Shown here piece after piece: positions 19,536 to 29,807 of a stretch of 64,000 nt of DNA. Made by a program: the position numbers and the translations under genes. Numbering within the stretch: the first letter of the stretch is position 1; every line of letters begins with the position of its first letter. The stretch is from contig CAVWHO010000008.1 of the NCBI GenBank assembly GCA_963754875.1, positions 352,001-416,000 on the forward strand. The letters run 5' to 3'. This DNA comes from Nitrospirota bacterium. Lineage in GTDB: Bacteria; Nitrospirota; UBA9217. The notes beneath the pieces were generated by a model, which did not search any database, was not told where the DNA came from, and saw only the letters and a program-made list of their open reading frames with translations.

Positions 19536-20755
19536 AAGATAAAAAACTACATCTTAAACGTCTGATGTTCAGCATTGCATCGTTGGTAGACCTGGGACAG
19601 GAGGCAACCTCCTCTAAAGATTTGTCGTCAAAAATGAAGGCGGCTCTCTATGTCATTACCGGGACGTTGTCCGTGCCGATGGCAGCCTTGTTTGTCTACC
19701 ACCCGAAGCGCAAAGAACTAGATCTTATTGTTGCAAAGGGGCAGCGGGACATCGACGCGAAGGTTATCCGTCTGAGTGTTTCCGCAAAACAGGTCAAGCG
19801 TTTCAGCATGAATAACCCCCATACATCCCGTGACATGTCGGCGAACGCTTTTTTCAAGCAGAATAAAAACGTTTTGACGAAACTTGAAACAAGAATTTTT
19901 CTCCCGCTCTTTGCAAAAGGAGCATTTGTGGGCGCAATCACGCTTGGCAAAAAGATCGGCGGTGCACCTTACCGTCAGGGAGAAAAAGATGTTCTCAGGG
20001 TCATAGCGCATCAAATGGCGATCACGCTGCATAATGCGCAGTTGTTCCTGGAGCTTTCCAAAAAAGCCACGGAAAACCGGCGGCTCTACAAGAATATGCA
20101 GCGAATCTACCATGACACCATTCAGGCATTTGCGGCCGCGATCGACGCCAAGGACGGCTACACCAAAGACCATTCCTACCGCGTGGCAAGCTATGCTGTG
20201 GCGATCGCAAAAGAGCTGGGATGGAAGAAAAAAGACATTGAAGGGATCTATGTCGCCGGGCTGCTCCATGATATCGGGAAGATTATTATTGACACGGGCC
20301 TCATCAGAAAAGGGGAAAAACTGACTGCTGTTGAGATAAACGAAATACGAAAGCATCCCCAGATTTCCTACGACATCCTCTCCAAAGTCAAGTTCCCTTG
20401 GAAGAATATCGACTTTTTCGTCCGTCACCATCATGAGCGGATGGACGGTAAGGGATATCCCGATGCGCTCATGTCGCCGGAGTTGAGCGAAGGGGTCAAA
20501 ATCCTCGCCCTTGCGGATGCCTTTGACGCGATGACAACCGACCGCCCTTACCGGCATAAACTGGGTCTCGATGAAACATTCCAGGAAGTCATCAGGTGCT
20601 GCGGCACGCAGTTTGACGAGAAAATCACCGGGACGTTTTTTAACCTGCTCCTCAGAGAATTAAGCGGAGAGGTCATGGACCTCCAGATACTCCCCCTTTT
20701 GAAACAAGGGGAGGCAGGCGACGTTGCAGTCACCGGATCGGTCACTGGGATGTAA
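19532..20755 (+). CDS. GAF plus HD-GYP cyclic-dinucleotide phosphodiesterase
   Basis: AIDAKDGYTKDHSYRV, LLHDIGK, HHERMDGKGYP and ADAFDAMTTDRPYR. Confidence 0.92.
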   Translation: MKDKKLHLKRLMFSIASLVDLGQEATSSKDLSSKMKAALYVITGTLSVPMAALFVYHPKRKELDLIVAKGQRDIDAKVIRLSVSAKQVKRFSMNNPHTSRDMSANAFFKQNKNVLTKLETRIFLPLFAKGAFVGAITLGKKIGGAPYRQGEKDVLRVIAHQMAITLHNAQLFLELSKKATENRRLYKNMQRIYHDTIQAFAAAIDAKDGYTKDHSYRVASYAVAIAKELGWKKKDIEGIYVAGLLHDIGKIIIDTGLIRKGEKLTAVEINEIRKHPQISYDILSKVKFPWKNIDFFVRHHHERMDGKGYPDALMSPELSEGVKILALADAFDAMTTDRPYRHKLGLDETFQEVIRCCGTQFDEKITGTFFNLLLRELSGEVMDLQILPLLKQGEAGDVAVTGSVTGM

Positions 20756-20987
20756 CTTCGGCCACCCATCCCAGGCAGTCTTCCTCAACTATCGCATTTA
20801 CTACGACTGTTGCTGCACAACGTGCTAAAAATTTTTTTGCTCTTCCCGACGACAGAAGAATAAGGAGACAGGGATTCCGCCTTGCAATCACTGAATTTTA
20901 TCCACCGCAGGGGTAAAATCACTTGCGATCCCCTCATCAGAGAGATGCGGTAGTGATGGCTGGCAGTGTAACTAGGAGAACTTTTTT

Positions 20988-22079
20988 ATGAAGAACGTAA
21001 TGACGTTTTTATTTTTGCTGGGGAGTTTACTCGGGATGACTTCATGTGCCGCGAATATACTAACAGCAGCGGACAGCGGAAACATGGGAGCGGTAGACAA
21101 GGCGATTTCACGCGGCGACGATGTCAACAAAAGAGACGGCAATGGCAACACACCCCTCATTTTAGCTTCTAAACATGGGGACTTTGCCATTGTGAAAAAA
21201 TTAGTCATAAGGGGCGCCAATATAAAAACAAAAAATAATGACGGCTATAATGCGCTTTTAGCATTGTCAAATTATACAATGAAATATTCTCCTGTAGCGG
21301 AAAAAGGAAAGCAGAAGAGCGAACCAATTCCGATTGCCACGGAAGGCCACTTGAGGACGGCAGAGTATTTAATTCAAAACGGTGCGAACGTCAATGAAAT
21401 GACGAATGATGGAAACACGGCATTGATTCTTGCGGCTGATTTAAACAAAGTAAAACTCGTCGAACTTTTGCTGAGTAAAGGCGCAGATGTGAATGCCAGA
21501 AATCAACAAGGAGACTCCGCTTTGATAGTTGCGTCTACCAAAGGATATAGAGAACTTGTTTGTCCCTTGATAAGAAAAGGCGCCAATACGGATATGCAAG
21601 ACAATCAGGGCAAAACGGCTCTGCTGTACGCAAAACAGTATGACCGGCAGGAAATCATACAACTGCTGAGCACCCCCTGCCCGCCAGAGACCCCTGATAA
21701 CGCCATCGCGCCGGTTGCGGAAAACAAGGTCGATGATCGGTTGGTAGATAAGTTTATTGAAGCTTTGACGGACAGGGAACCGTCTGTTCGATGGGAAGCT
21801 GCCAAGAGACTAGGTGATTTGAAGGATACTCGTGCAGTAGTCCCCTTGATCGGCGCACTGTCAGATGGCCATGCCTACGTAAGAAGGAGGGCGGCATTTG
21901 CGCTCGGCGAACTGCATGACCCCAGAGCGATAGATTCTTTAATAAAGGAACTGCAGGATGATGATGCATTCGCACGTAAATTTGCATCAGAAGCGCTTGA
22001 AAAAATAACAGGGCAGCAATTCGGAAGCGACTCAAAAAAATGGGCCGAGTGGTGGGCCTTGAAAATAAGGCAATATTAG
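20988..22079 (+). CDS. Lipoprotein with ankyrin repeats and C-terminal HEAT/PBS-lyase repeats
   Basis: Lipobox GMTSC; ankyrin units GNTPLILA, GNTALILA and GDSALIVA; HEAT units VRWEAAKRLG and VRRRAAFALG; SD AGGAG. Confidence 0.88.
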   Translation: MKNVMTFLFLLGSLLGMTSCAANILTAADSGNMGAVDKAISRGDDVNKRDGNGNTPLILASKHGDFAIVKKLVIRGANIKTKNNDGYNALLALSNYTMKYSPVAEKGKQKSEPIPIATEGHLRTAEYLIQNGANVNEMTNDGNTALILAADLNKVKLVELLLSKGADVNARNQQGDSALIVASTKGYRELVCPLIRKGANTDMQDNQGKTALLYAKQYDRQEIIQLLSTPCPPETPDNAIAPVAENKVDDRLVDKFIEALTDREPSVRWEAAKRLGDLKDTRAVVPLIGALSDGHAYVRRRAAFALGELHDPRAIDSLIKELQDDDAFARKFASEALEKITGQQFGSDSKKWAEWWALKIRQY

Positions 22080-22786
22080 GATTACCGCAACGCCGCTTTC
22101 AATCGCACAGCTCAAGCTGGATGATAAAAGGACCCGCTAGAGCATGCTTCAAGCGTTAATGATTTTCCCCTTTACGTGAACATGTGTTCCGATGTTCGAG
22201 GGAGGGAAAACCCTAAAATGACTTTCGTAAACGGAGTATGGATCAAAACCCCTCACAAGTCTAATTCCACTCATTTTAAATGATTCTCTCACCTTCCGCA
22301 TGGTTTCGTAAGGGTGTTAAACCCCGGGTATCATAATGCAGACACGTCCAAGGTAGAATCCGGTAATTCTACATCACTAAGGAAGTTATACCAAAACATC
22401 GAGAAACTGAGGACGGCGATTTCGGCTTTTATCAAACTCCTCCACAAATACCGGCTGGTTAAAAAAACCGGATGCAAAAGCCTGCAGCAGACAGCAGGCA
22501 CACAGTGAGCATCAGTTAAAAGCGCCCGCAAAACTTCTATCTTTTGTCCGGGATACCGGGTGCGCTACCATAATAAATGCCTACGATAAGTAGAGGGGCA
22601 AACAATATGTTGCCGACAAGTCTTTTCCAATTCCTACTCAATCTTCTGCTGAACAATCTTAATAATTTTAATTTACTTATATTAATTGCAGGCAATCAGA
22701 AGGGGCAAGCCATACTGAAGATAAACACAAGTATTTCGCTTTATCCAATTAACCGCACTTATCAGCGGGGCGGATAAACCATTCGG

Positions 22787-24649
22787 TTAAGAGTGGTCAG
22801 AGTAATGTATGTTTTTTTTCAGTTTAATTAGTGGTTTGGAATTTTTAAGGATCTTATCAGCGAATGCCGATAGGACATCCTTTTTTGCATGATTTGCCGG
22901 CTCCGCATCAAACATGCCGCCTAGCGATGCAACGAATCGTTTAAAATCTTTCTCGCTGAAAGTTTCAGATTGAAGTAATTCTATGAAGTGCGATATCTTG
23001 TTGCTCATTTGTAATGCAATAGTGTAGTCCTCTTCAGAAAAGGTCTCCGCAGTCTTCTTATTGTTCAGATTGAGCACTCCAACGACCTTGTTTCCGATTT
23101 TAAGGGGGAGCGTCATGAGCGATTTCGTGGTGTATTGCGAAACATTGGTTTTCGCGAAACGCGTGTCGGTTTCAATATCTTCTATGAATAACGGTTTTCC
23201 TTCCAGCGCAACCCAACCCGCGATTTTATCGCCGAGCTTGATCCTCGTCCTCTTAACGATATCTTCATCTAGGCCGACCGCGCTTTTGACGGTCAGTTCG
23301 TTCGTGAGTTCATCGCTGAGCATGACGGAGCAGATATCGATATCCAGTAAATCTGATATTAATTCCACAAATGAATCCATGCTTTGGTCCACGTAGACAT
23401 CAATTGTCTGTTTAATACTTTTGGGGACCGTAAGAGTAATACAACAGCTCGTGTCGGTATTTGTGGCAGAAAGTTTCCAACGGTGCGTATCAAGAATGCT
23501 TCTGACAATGTGGAGTTTTAGCCGGTCTTCAGGTTGATCAATCTGAAATACATATCGTGTATCATGAAGGATGTCAACGGCAGAGGTCGGCAGCGGCCGT
23601 GGCAAAACGATACTGAAAGTCACGTACCGTGTTTCGGCAGCACTGATTTCAATCGTATCGCCCCGCTGAAGATAATGGCATAGCCCATCAATCAAGTTTG
23701 AAAAGAGCTGAAGGACTTTTATTTTGTCGCCGACAATATCGAAACGGTTATCTTGTGTAAGTACCGTGAGGCCGATGCCTTTACGCGACAGAACTGCCAT
23801 AAGTGACTTGGATTCCTGAAGTTCTCGAAAGATAGACCCCACGTTAAGGACAGTCTTTTTGATAATCCTCGTCTCATCTTCCAGCCTGAGAAAGTCAAGC
23901 AGGTTCTCTACAATGGATACGAGCTTATCTATCTCACCCGAGATAATGCCCTCGAATTCCTGCCGTTCTTGTATTTCTATTTTTTCGGTCTTTTGTAAAT
24001 AAAATATTGCTCCTTTGAGCGAATTCAACGGGGTCCGAAGCTCGTGGGAAACACGGGTAAGAAATTCGGTTTTCAGGATGTCTGTTTCCAGCAGCTTTTT
24101 ATTAATTGCTTCGAGTTCTCCTGCTTTCGATTTCAGTTGGCCGATGAGGCTAGCATTTTCAAGAGCGATTGCCGCATGGTTCACAAGGGTCTTTAGCAAT
24201 TCGAATTCGTCGTCATTAAACGGTGTCCCGTCCTTTTTATCATTGATATTCAGGAGGCCGAGCAACTTGTTGTTATTAATTATAATGGGACATGATATGA
24301 ATGAATTGGTTTTGTAGCGGTCCCGCCGAACACGCCGAAAAGTTTCATCCGTTTCAATGTCATTGACACGAACTGGCAGCAGGCCCTTAGCCACGGTGCC
24401 GGCTATCCCCTCACCAATTTTAATCTTATGGTTCCTGTCGTATTGTGAATCAAGCCCCCTTGATGCAAGGATGGAAAGCTCATCTTCGTCGGTAACTAGC
24501 ATCAGGGAGCCCATTTCAGCATTCGCATAGCTGATGGCATAGTCGAGCAACAGGTTGGCTATCGTATTGATGTTGTCGGAAATGACAATAGCGCTGGAAA
24601 GATCCTGGAGGATGGCGAATTTCTTTTTAAAGAGATCTACTTTGTCCAT
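22787..24649 (-). CDS. GAF-HisKA-degenerate HATPase-GAF sensor protein
   Basis: Two GAF domains (GLLNINDK, GVLNLNNK) and H-box VSHELRTPL. The ATPase-like region lacks the N-box Asn and the G boxes. Confidence 0.85.
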   Translation of the reverse strand: MDKVDLFKKKFAILQDLSSAIVISDNINTIANLLLDYAISYANAEMGSLMLVTDEDELSILASRGLDSQYDRNHKIKIGEGIAGTVAKGLLPVRVNDIETDETFRRVRRDRYKTNSFISCPIIINNNKLLGLLNINDKKDGTPFNDDEFELLKTLVNHAAIALENASLIGQLKSKAGELEAINKKLLETDILKTEFLTRVSHELRTPLNSLKGAIFYLQKTEKIEIQERQEFEGIISGEIDKLVSIVENLLDFLRLEDETRIIKKTVLNVGSIFRELQESKSLMAVLSRKGIGLTVLTQDNRFDIVGDKIKVLQLFSNLIDGLCHYLQRGDTIEISAAETRYVTFSIVLPRPLPTSAVDILHDTRYVFQIDQPEDRLKLHIVRSILDTHRWKLSATNTDTSCCITLTVPKSIKQTIDVYVDQSMDSFVELISDLLDIDICSVMLSDELTNELTVKSAVGLDEDIVKRTRIKLGDKIAGWVALEGKPLFIEDIETDTRFAKTNVSQYTTKSLMTLPLKIGNKVVGVLNLNNKKTAETFSEEDYTIALQMSNKISHFIELLQSETFSEKDFKRFVASLGGMFDAEPANHAKKDVLSAFADKILKNSKPLIKLKKNIHYSDHS

Positions 24650-24716
24650 TCGTCTTCATTTTTGACGTGATGCGTCCTGCAGCTGAAATTGGGAGAGGAG
24701 TGTGGCAACAATGCTC

Positions 24717-26090
24717 TCACTTCGGCAAACTGCAATATTCATCAGATTCTTTCAGTCTTTTGTAGAACGTCTTTCGTGAGATGCCGAGTTCCCTTGCTGC
24801 TTTCGATATATTTCCGCCGTACAAATGGAGTGCATCACTGATGGCCTGGCGCTCCAAAACCTTGAGGGGTTTTACCGTTTCTTTATCACTACTTTTCAAC
24901 TTCTGCAATCGTGAACGGAATTCTTCGGGAAGTTCACTTATGGTAATCCGACCGTCTTTGGCCAAAACAACGATGCTCTCGATCACATTTTTCAGCTGTC
25001 TTACATTTCCCGGCCACTCATAACGAATGAGGGATTCCAGAACATCATCGGATAGCGAAAATGGTCTGTTTTCCCGTATTGAAAAACTGTTTAAGAATTC
25101 TGCTACAAATAGAGGAATATCCTCTTTTCTCTCACGGAGAGGCGGAACTTCGATCTTGATTACATTAAGTCGGTAATAGAGATCCTCGCGGAACCTGCCC
25201 TCCTCCACTTCTCTTTTGAGGTCCCTGTTTGTCGACGACACAAGCCTGAAATTGACCTTGAACTTTTTGTTCGTTCCGAGCCGCTCGATCTCCCGTTCCT
25301 GCAAAACCCGGAGCAGCTTTGCCTGGACGGAAATATCGAGTTCACCGATCTCATCGAGAAATATCGTGCCATCCGTGGCCTCTTCGAATTTTCCCGTCCG
25401 AGAAGTTGCAGCTCCGGTAAAAGCGCCTTTTTCGTAGCCGAAGAGCTCCGCTTCGATGAGCTCTCGGGGTATCGCGGCGCAGTTTATGGCGACGAAAGGC
25501 TTGTTGAAGCGTTTACTACGGTAATGCAGGTTGGATGCGATTACCTCTTTCCCCGTACCGGTTTCCCCCTGGATGAGAACGCTGCTTTCCGAGTCTTTGA
25601 CCGTTTCGATGGTTTTCATAATGCCGACCATCGTCAGGGCCTGTCCGACAAAGCGGTGCGAGCTGCACTGTTGGGACGATTTCTTTTTCAGGTCCTCAAG
25701 TTTCTTTAGAGCGGCATTATCTTCTATGGCCGTCGCGAGGACGTTCTTGAGCTTTGGATAATCCGGCGGCTTGATGAAGTAATAATAGGCGCCGCTGGTC
25801 ATGGCATTGACCGCAGACTCAACGGAACCATAGGCGGTCAGAAAAAGGACCGGCGTATGGGGATGATACTGAGAAACGTAGTTGAAAAGCTGGAACCCGT
25901 CTTTGTCGGGCATTTTCAGATCGGTGATAACGGCATCGATATCTTCGCTGTGCATAAGCCCCAAGGCGTGGTCAACGCCCATTGATTCGCGAACGTGATA
26001 GCCTTCTTGCTGTAGTATTGCCGAAAGCACCCTAAGCGCATTAGGTTCATCATCAACAATGAGTACTTTCTTTCCCTCTGCCATAGTCAT
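24717..26090 (-). CDS. Sigma-54-dependent response regulator (REC-AAA+-Fis HTH, NtrC family)
   Basis: VLIVDDE, ITDLKMP, GETGTGKE, ELFGYEKGAFTGA, FLDEIGE, WPGNVRQL and AARELGISRKT. Confidence 0.96.
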   Translation of the reverse strand: MTMAEGKKVLIVDDEPNALRVLSAILQQEGYHVRESMGVDHALGLMHSEDIDAVITDLKMPDKDGFQLFNYVSQYHPHTPVLFLTAYGSVESAVNAMTSGAYYYFIKPPDYPKLKNVLATAIEDNAALKKLEDLKKKSSQQCSSHRFVGQALTMVGIMKTIETVKDSESSVLIQGETGTGKEVIASNLHYRSKRFNKPFVAINCAAIPRELIEAELFGYEKGAFTGAATSRTGKFEEATDGTIFLDEIGELDISVQAKLLRVLQEREIERLGTNKKFKVNFRLVSSTNRDLKREVEEGRFREDLYYRLNVIKIEVPPLRERKEDIPLFVAEFLNSFSIRENRPFSLSDDVLESLIRYEWPGNVRQLKNVIESIVVLAKDGRITISELPEEFRSRLQKLKSSDKETVKPLKVLERQAISDALHLYGGNISKAARELGISRKTFYKRLKESDEYCSLPK

Positions 26091-26101
26091 GGTGGTATCC
26101 C

Positions 26102-27106
26102 TCATGCCGTGTTCCGAGATGGAATGAAAAGCTTAATCGTTGTGCCGCAATTCATTTTGCTGTCTATCTCCAAGTGACCATGGTAATGCTTTAAAATTTC
26201 GTAGGTGATGAAAAGGCCAAAACCTTTTCCGTTGTTCCCTCCGTCTGCAGAAAGCTCACCGATGCGTTTATGCGCCATCCCCTGACCGGTATCGGCAATA
26301 GAAACGACGACATAAATCTTGCCGTCGCGTTCCTCGGCAGATGTGCCGATTTTCAACTGGCCGCCGTCGTCCATGGCATCTATAGCGTTATTTATGACAT
26401 TGAGAACCGCCTGCTCCAGGTGAAACGAATTAATGACCACGGGAGGTATGTTCCCGAACTCAAACAGAGATTGGATATTCCGTGTATAAATTTGCAGTGA
26501 AATGAAGACCTCAATCTTTTTCAGCAAGGAATTGATGTCCGTTTCCTTGTCTTCTGTATCCGAAACAGATGAACTGAGAAATTTCGAGATAAAATTCTCA
26601 AGACGCGAGATTTCATCCTCCATGATCTTGGTAAATTCGACAAGTGGCGCTTCATGACTGTATTTTTCACTGAGATAGACGACAGCACCTTTTATAGCGT
26701 TCAATGGATTCCTGACGCCATGAGCCAGTGTGGATGCTATTTTCCCGATATCAATCAGTTTCTGCGATTGCTGCAGTCTCTTGGCCATCTCACATGTTGA
26801 AAAAGGGTAAATGGCAACTTCTACCGAATCGATGGAATCGGTAGAGGATTTCCTCGGCTTTATTTTTATGTCCGCTTGAAAACTGCCGGCAATACACGGG
26901 AACGAATACTTTTTCAATGTCACAGTCCTTTGCGTCTCTATGGCTTTGGCAATCGCGTCCTTCTCGTTCGTAATAATTCGTGGGAAAATCTCGTAATATT
27001 TATTCCCCATCGTTCGAGACGCAGGTCGGCCCGTAAATTCTGCAATCTCTTTTTCCCACGAACAAACGCGTAATTTTTTATCTGTTCTAAATGAAAGTTC
27101 TTTCAT
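26102..27106 (-). CDS. Cytoplasmic PAS-like sensor histidine kinase (NtrB-like)
   Basis: LAHGVRNPLNAI, NVINNAIDAM, DTGQGM and GFGL. Adjacent to the NtrC-type regulator. Confidence 0.9.
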   Translation of the reverse strand: MKELSFRTDKKLRVCSWEKEIAEFTGRPASRTMGNKYYEIFPRIITNEKDAIAKAIETQRTVTLKKYSFPCIAGSFQADIKIKPRKSSTDSIDSVEVAIYPFSTCEMAKRLQQSQKLIDIGKIASTLAHGVRNPLNAIKGAVVYLSEKYSHEAPLVEFTKIMEDEISRLENFISKFLSSSVSDTEDKETDINSLLKKIEVFISLQIYTRNIQSLFEFGNIPPVVINSFHLEQAVLNVINNAIDAMDDGGQLKIGTSAEERDGKIYVVVSIADTGQGMAHKRIGELSADGGNNGKGFGLFITYEILKHYHGHLEIDSKMNCGTTIKLFIPSRNTA

Positions 27107-28383
27107 CGTGCGAATATCCCGCCAGGGTTGTATGATATCGTGAAGCATCCTTGCACAATATGATAACCACGAACGTCATCATATTGTATCCCGTTGTATC
27201 CAGGAACGCAAGTTGAGCAAGAACAAAACATATATCCCCCGGAACATATGCAACCAAGTCCTGCTTAGAAAGATGCTTGTAAAGCGATGTAATGTAATTA
27301 CAGATTAGAATTAACGTCCCTACAATTTCAAATATCAGGATGACGAATATGCCCCTCCCTACAAAATACTCAATACCCAAGAGGAGCTCGTTACCAGAAT
27401 ATTCAAATATTGCTCAATTCTTCACCATAAACGTTATGATTTAAGGTGCCACATACTAGTAGGTTGCATATCCATTATCAATACCCCGCATGGGGTATTT
27501 TAAGGGTACTTCGACACGAATATGCATAGGAGGTACATAATGTTAAAATCATCAAAATACCATCCAATAGCTCAACGGGCACTACAATAATGCGTCATAT
27601 ACATTTACTAATAACGTTGTTTCGTTCCAAGATTGCAATATAAAGTTCTTATCCTCGTTTGACTTTCCAACGACATGTGTAATGAAAAAGAATTAATAAT
27701 CAGATATAGTTTATCTCCGTCCGCCTCTTCTTGTCAAGGCAGCCTTCGCAATGTATATAAACTGGTTTATTCTGCTATATAGCAAAGAAATTGCAACAAG
27801 AAATTGTCTGCTATGGTCAACTTTTTTTCAACAATATCGAACTTCAGTTTCTAAGCTACCTATATCTATATGGAAAGATGAAGATCATGTCTAATAATAA
27901 AGGCTTTTCCAAAGTTTTTTTGTTGAGTTATCTTATGTTATTTAGAAAGAAAAGTCAACAACTCTAAAAGGGTATTTTTAGGGTATACATATAAAATTCT
28001 AATTTTAAATGTAATTATATATATATTGCAACTATTTAAAATATATAGACAAACTCGTAAAAGGCTGGATGATTATGAGGGAAATGCTACTATTCGTAGC
28101 GCATATTATTTTTCCACATTAGCAGCCTTGTTCAATCTGCTATGTTATAAGTGTCATGAGACAAAAATTCCTTAGTCTCTTTTTAAAGGGTTACAGTCAA
28201 TTTGCTACAGGGCATACGAAGTTCGAGACCTGGAATACATTCTCAGGCGGTTTCCACACTTTATGGAGCAAGTGTATAATTAAATGACTGCATTCATGAC
28301 TGGATTACGTTCCCCCCTGCTGAATTCGAGGCAATGCTGATAAAACAAAACCAAAAAAAACTCTGTCCGGTTAGCTAAGCTAA

Positions 28384-28409
28384 CTGTCCAAACTCAGGGG
28401 TGCAGTTCA
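28384..28409. mobile_element. Possible isolated IS3-family terminal inverted-repeat remnant
   Basis: ctgtccaaactcaggggtgcagttca resembles IS3/IS150-type ends terminating in CA. No transposase or partner end was found. Confidence 0.25.
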
Positions 28410-28481
28410 ACAAGCGCCCCCCCCACAAACACATATTTAGTCGGTGGCGTCCAGATATTATTTATTGCCATAATATATCTC

Positions 28482-29168
28482 TCAACGAAATAGATTGTAT
28501 TTCATTATGCAATAAATGGCTCTGAATCCGTCTTTCCAGCCGATTTTTTTCCCTTCACCATAAGTCCTGCCGTAGTACGATATTCCTACTTCGTAAATAC
28601 GACAACCTCTCTTCGCAATCTTTGCCGTTATCTCGGGCTCAAACCCAAATCGGTCTTCCTCGATTTTAATTGACTGAATAATCTCACGCTTGAATGCTTT
28701 ATAGCACGTTTCCATATCGGTGAGGTTGATGTTTGTAAACATGTTTGACAGGAGCGTAAGAAGCCAGTTTCCTACAGAGTGCCAATAATATACAACGCGA
28801 TGCGGCCGGCCCCCCATGAATCGCGAGCCGTACACCACATCCGCATTGTTCTGGATAAGAGGCTCCAACAGCAGTGGGTATTCCTGCGGATCGTACTCAA
28901 GATCGGAGTCTTGGATAATGACAAAATCACCGGTTGCTGCGGCAATCCCGGTGCGCAAGGCCGCCCCTTTGCCCCGATTGCGTTCATGCATCATAACACG
29001 GACATCATCACCACGAGCAAGTTTGCGAATGATATCACGGGTGCCGTCCCTGGAGCAGTCATCAACGACAATGATCTCTTTATCCAGGTTAACATTCTTG
29101 ACGCGGGTGATAAGCTGTTCGATGGTCGCCTTTTCGTTATAAACTGGAATAATGACTGACAATTTCAT
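28482..29168 (-). CDS. GT2 glycosyltransferase, DPM1-like (polyprenol-phosphate sugar synthase type)
   Basis: [51 protein letters not shown] and FGFEPE. Confidence 0.93.
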   Translation of the reverse strand: MKLSVIIPVYNEKATIEQLITRVKNVNLDKEIIVVDDCSRDGTRDIIRKLARGDDVRVMMHERNRGKGAALRTGIAAATGDFVIIQDSDLEYDPQEYPLLLEPLIQNNADVVYGSRFMGGRPHRVVYYWHSVGNWLLTLLSNMFTNINLTDMETCYKAFKREIIQSIKIEEDRFGFEPEITAKIAKRGCRIYEVGISYYGRTYGEGKKIGWKDGFRAIYCIMKYNLFR

Positions 29169-29807
29169 AGCCGCATCCTTTCCTTAATACGAATGAATCT
29201 CGCGCAGAGCACTGCGCATTCGTCCAGATCCGCTGCTAGACACAGGAACAGCTGATCACTGTCGAGGGTGACGTTACTCGCATAATCACCGCCGGCAATC
29301 CGCGCGGTATATGTTTTTTTGAGAGGCAAATAAATGCCCATTCCAAGGACATAAAGGTGTAGGCCAGAAGGCAAACGAAAATAATCATAGAGACGATATG
29401 AGCGCAAGTTTTAATATGCCGAAACAAATCGCCCTTGTGGCTGTTCGCGATGCTCAAGACTGTTTGTTTTAAAGAGTCACTGCTTTTGTTCTGCTAAAAG
29501 AAGACACTCAGAGTTTTTGACATCGTTACAGCAATAATAATAGTAAAAACATTAATTTTCGGTGTCTATAGATCCCATCACACCTCTTTTTTATGTACCG
29601 CGGCGGTTCTCTCTGAAGCACATTAACAAAAGTAAGACAATAGTGCAAGGGTAACGAAAAGAAGATGGAAAGCGGCGCTCCTCCCCATGGTCGAGATGCG
29701 TTTACGATAAATCATCAAGACAATAAGCTGTTTTCTCTTGCAAAAAATTAAAAAACTGCTATACATAAATGGGTATTTTTTAAAATAAATTGGGGATTGT
29801 TACGAAT

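Noticed and set aside
22314..22777. Short ORFs in the gap after the ankyrin gene
   Set aside because: No SD, motifs or coding-like composition.
22770..22800. ATAAACCATTCGGTTAAGAGTGG resembling the P2 stem of a GEMM-I riboswitch
   Set aside because: No GNRA loop, CAAAG linker or P3. It overlaps the stop codon of a convergent gene and has no downstream plus-strand gene.
29165..29457. Two overlapping small minus-strand ORFs upstream of the GT2 gene
   Set aside because: One has a hydrophobic stretch, but neither has supportable homology and I cannot choose between them.
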